A DNA stretch of 64,000 bases from a virus. Below are positions 63,120 through 64,000 of this stretch, piece after piece (within the stretch, counting starts at the first letter, position 1; each line of letters opens with the position of its first letter). The DNA lies in IMG/VR virus record IMGVR_UViG_3300017714_002439; one strand, given 5' to 3'. The notes below the pieces were generated by a model. The model saw only the letters and a program-made list of their open reading frames with translations. It was not told the origin of the DNA and did no database searches. The position numbers and the translations under genes were made by a program.

Positions 63120-64000
63120 ATGAGCAAAGCATTAATACTTCTTTCTAGCAATAAGAATGAAGTTAAAAAATTAGGCCTGGCAAAACATGTCGCACTAATT
63201 GACAAAGACGTAGATGTTGCATTTGCAAACAAAGACTACGATTACATTACACTAATTAATAAAGCACCAACAACACCACAAGAAGCACGTGATATTGGTG
63301 GAAATATGTTTAAGAAGTATAAATCAAAAGCAACAGAAATTGTTTTTAATCTTCCTAGATTGAATGATGTTAAAGAAGGTGCAGCATTGGCATCATATGA
63401 GTTTACCAAATATAAAACAAAGCCTGAAGAAAACACACTACAAGTAGAAGATGCAGGCATTAGTGCAAGTGTTCATTTTGCACGTGATTTAGTTACAGAA
63501 CCAGGTAATGCATTATATCCTGAAAAATATGCAGATCTTATTAATGAAACACTTACACCACATGGTGTCAAAGTTCGTGTAATTTATCAACGTGAATTAG
63601 AACGTATTGGTATGGATATGTTACTAAGTGTAGGACAAGGTAGTGAGAATAACAGTGCGGTTGTTGTAATGGAATGGATGCATGGGTCAAAAGACGAACC
63701 ACCAATTGCATTAGTAGGTAAAGGCGTTACATTTGACACAGGTGGTATTAGTTTAAAGCCAGGGCGTAACATGGGTGATATGAAATACGACATGGGCGGT
63801 AGTGCCGCAGTTGTAGGAGCCATGCATGCTATTGCTGATAAGAAACTAAAGAAAAACGTAGTTGGTATTGTAGGTTTAGTAGAGAATATGCCAGACGGTA
63901 AAGCAATTAAACCAGGTGACGTTGTTAGATCACTAAGTGGACAATATGTTGAAAACCTAAACACAGATGCAGAAGGTAGACTTGTGCTAGGTGATATTCT
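63120..64000 (+). CDS. pepA: Leucyl aminopeptidase (M17), 3'-truncated by the window edge
   Basis: Translated by hand: FARDLVTEPGN, LVGKGVTFDTGGISLKP, MKYDMGG, ENMPDG and NTDAEGRL; AGGAG RBS. Confidence 0.95.
   Translation, partial: MSKALILLSSNKNEVKKLGLAKHVALIDKDVDVAFANKDYDYITLINKAPTTPQEARDIGGNMFKKYKSKATEIVFNLPRLNDVKEGAALASYEFTKYKTKPEENTLQVEDAGISASVHFARDLVTEPGNALYPEKYADLINETLTPHGVKVRVIYQRELERIGMDMLLSVGQGSENNSAVVVMEWMHGSKDEPPIALVGKGVTFDTGGISLKPGRNMGDMKYDMGGSAAVVGAMHAIADKKLKKNVVGIVGLVENMPDGKAIKPGDVVRSLSGQYVENLNTDAEGRLVLGDI

Noticed and set aside
1-64000. Alternative genetic code (stop-codon reassignment) as seen in some large phages
   Set aside because: Conserved genes are full length under code 11, TAG and TGA end genes at expected positions, and no suppressor tRNA is present.
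1-64000. Bacterial chromosome or prophage origin, suggested by clp, guaC, iscU, infC and pepA
   Set aside because: These genes are interleaved with endolysin, spanin and fibre genes and TAAATA promoters, lack their usual operon partners (tig, lon, iscS, rpmI/rplT, proV), and no integrase or transposase is seen.

Overview
AT-rich, gene-dense segment, mostly on the + strand, of a large lytic dsDNA phage (T4-like or jumbo type). Evidence for phage origin: GH108 endolysin with a holin-like gene, overlapping spanins, PhoH, fibre-like virion proteins, TAAATA late-promoter motifs, many small ORFans and no rRNA. The host is probably an alphaproteobacterium, inferred from a permuted tmRNA with a GGCAGUA T-loop and ANDN..LAA tag, a ROSE hairpin and a DUF1127 gene. 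The window carries four tRNAs (Thr, Ala, Trp, Leu) and a two-piece tmRNA. It also carries a protein quality-control set (ClpP, ClpX, ClpA, ClpS, DnaJ-like, Hsp20, PepA), IF3 and bS21, GuaC, IscU, Fpr, SpeD, five radical-SAM genes and a 12-kb transporter plus tailoring-enzyme island (YhhQ, ProX/ProW, two TauD-family oxygenases, two adenylate-forming enzymes, nitroreductase, methyltransferase). The main non-routine observations are: (1) at least 12 genes, including all five radical-SAM genes, with a fixed TAAATA-N5-ATG layout that implies leaderless late mRNAs; (2) a multi-hairpin RNA of about 220 nt heading a four-gene small-protein operon that ends in DUF1127; (3) tmRNA together with both Clp proteases; (4) a family of repeated sigma70 promoters with a palindromic spacer; (5) a catalytically dead DNA-ligase paralogue; (6) inverted repeats bracketing phoH. 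All protein calls are by motif recognition only; no database search or folding software was run.
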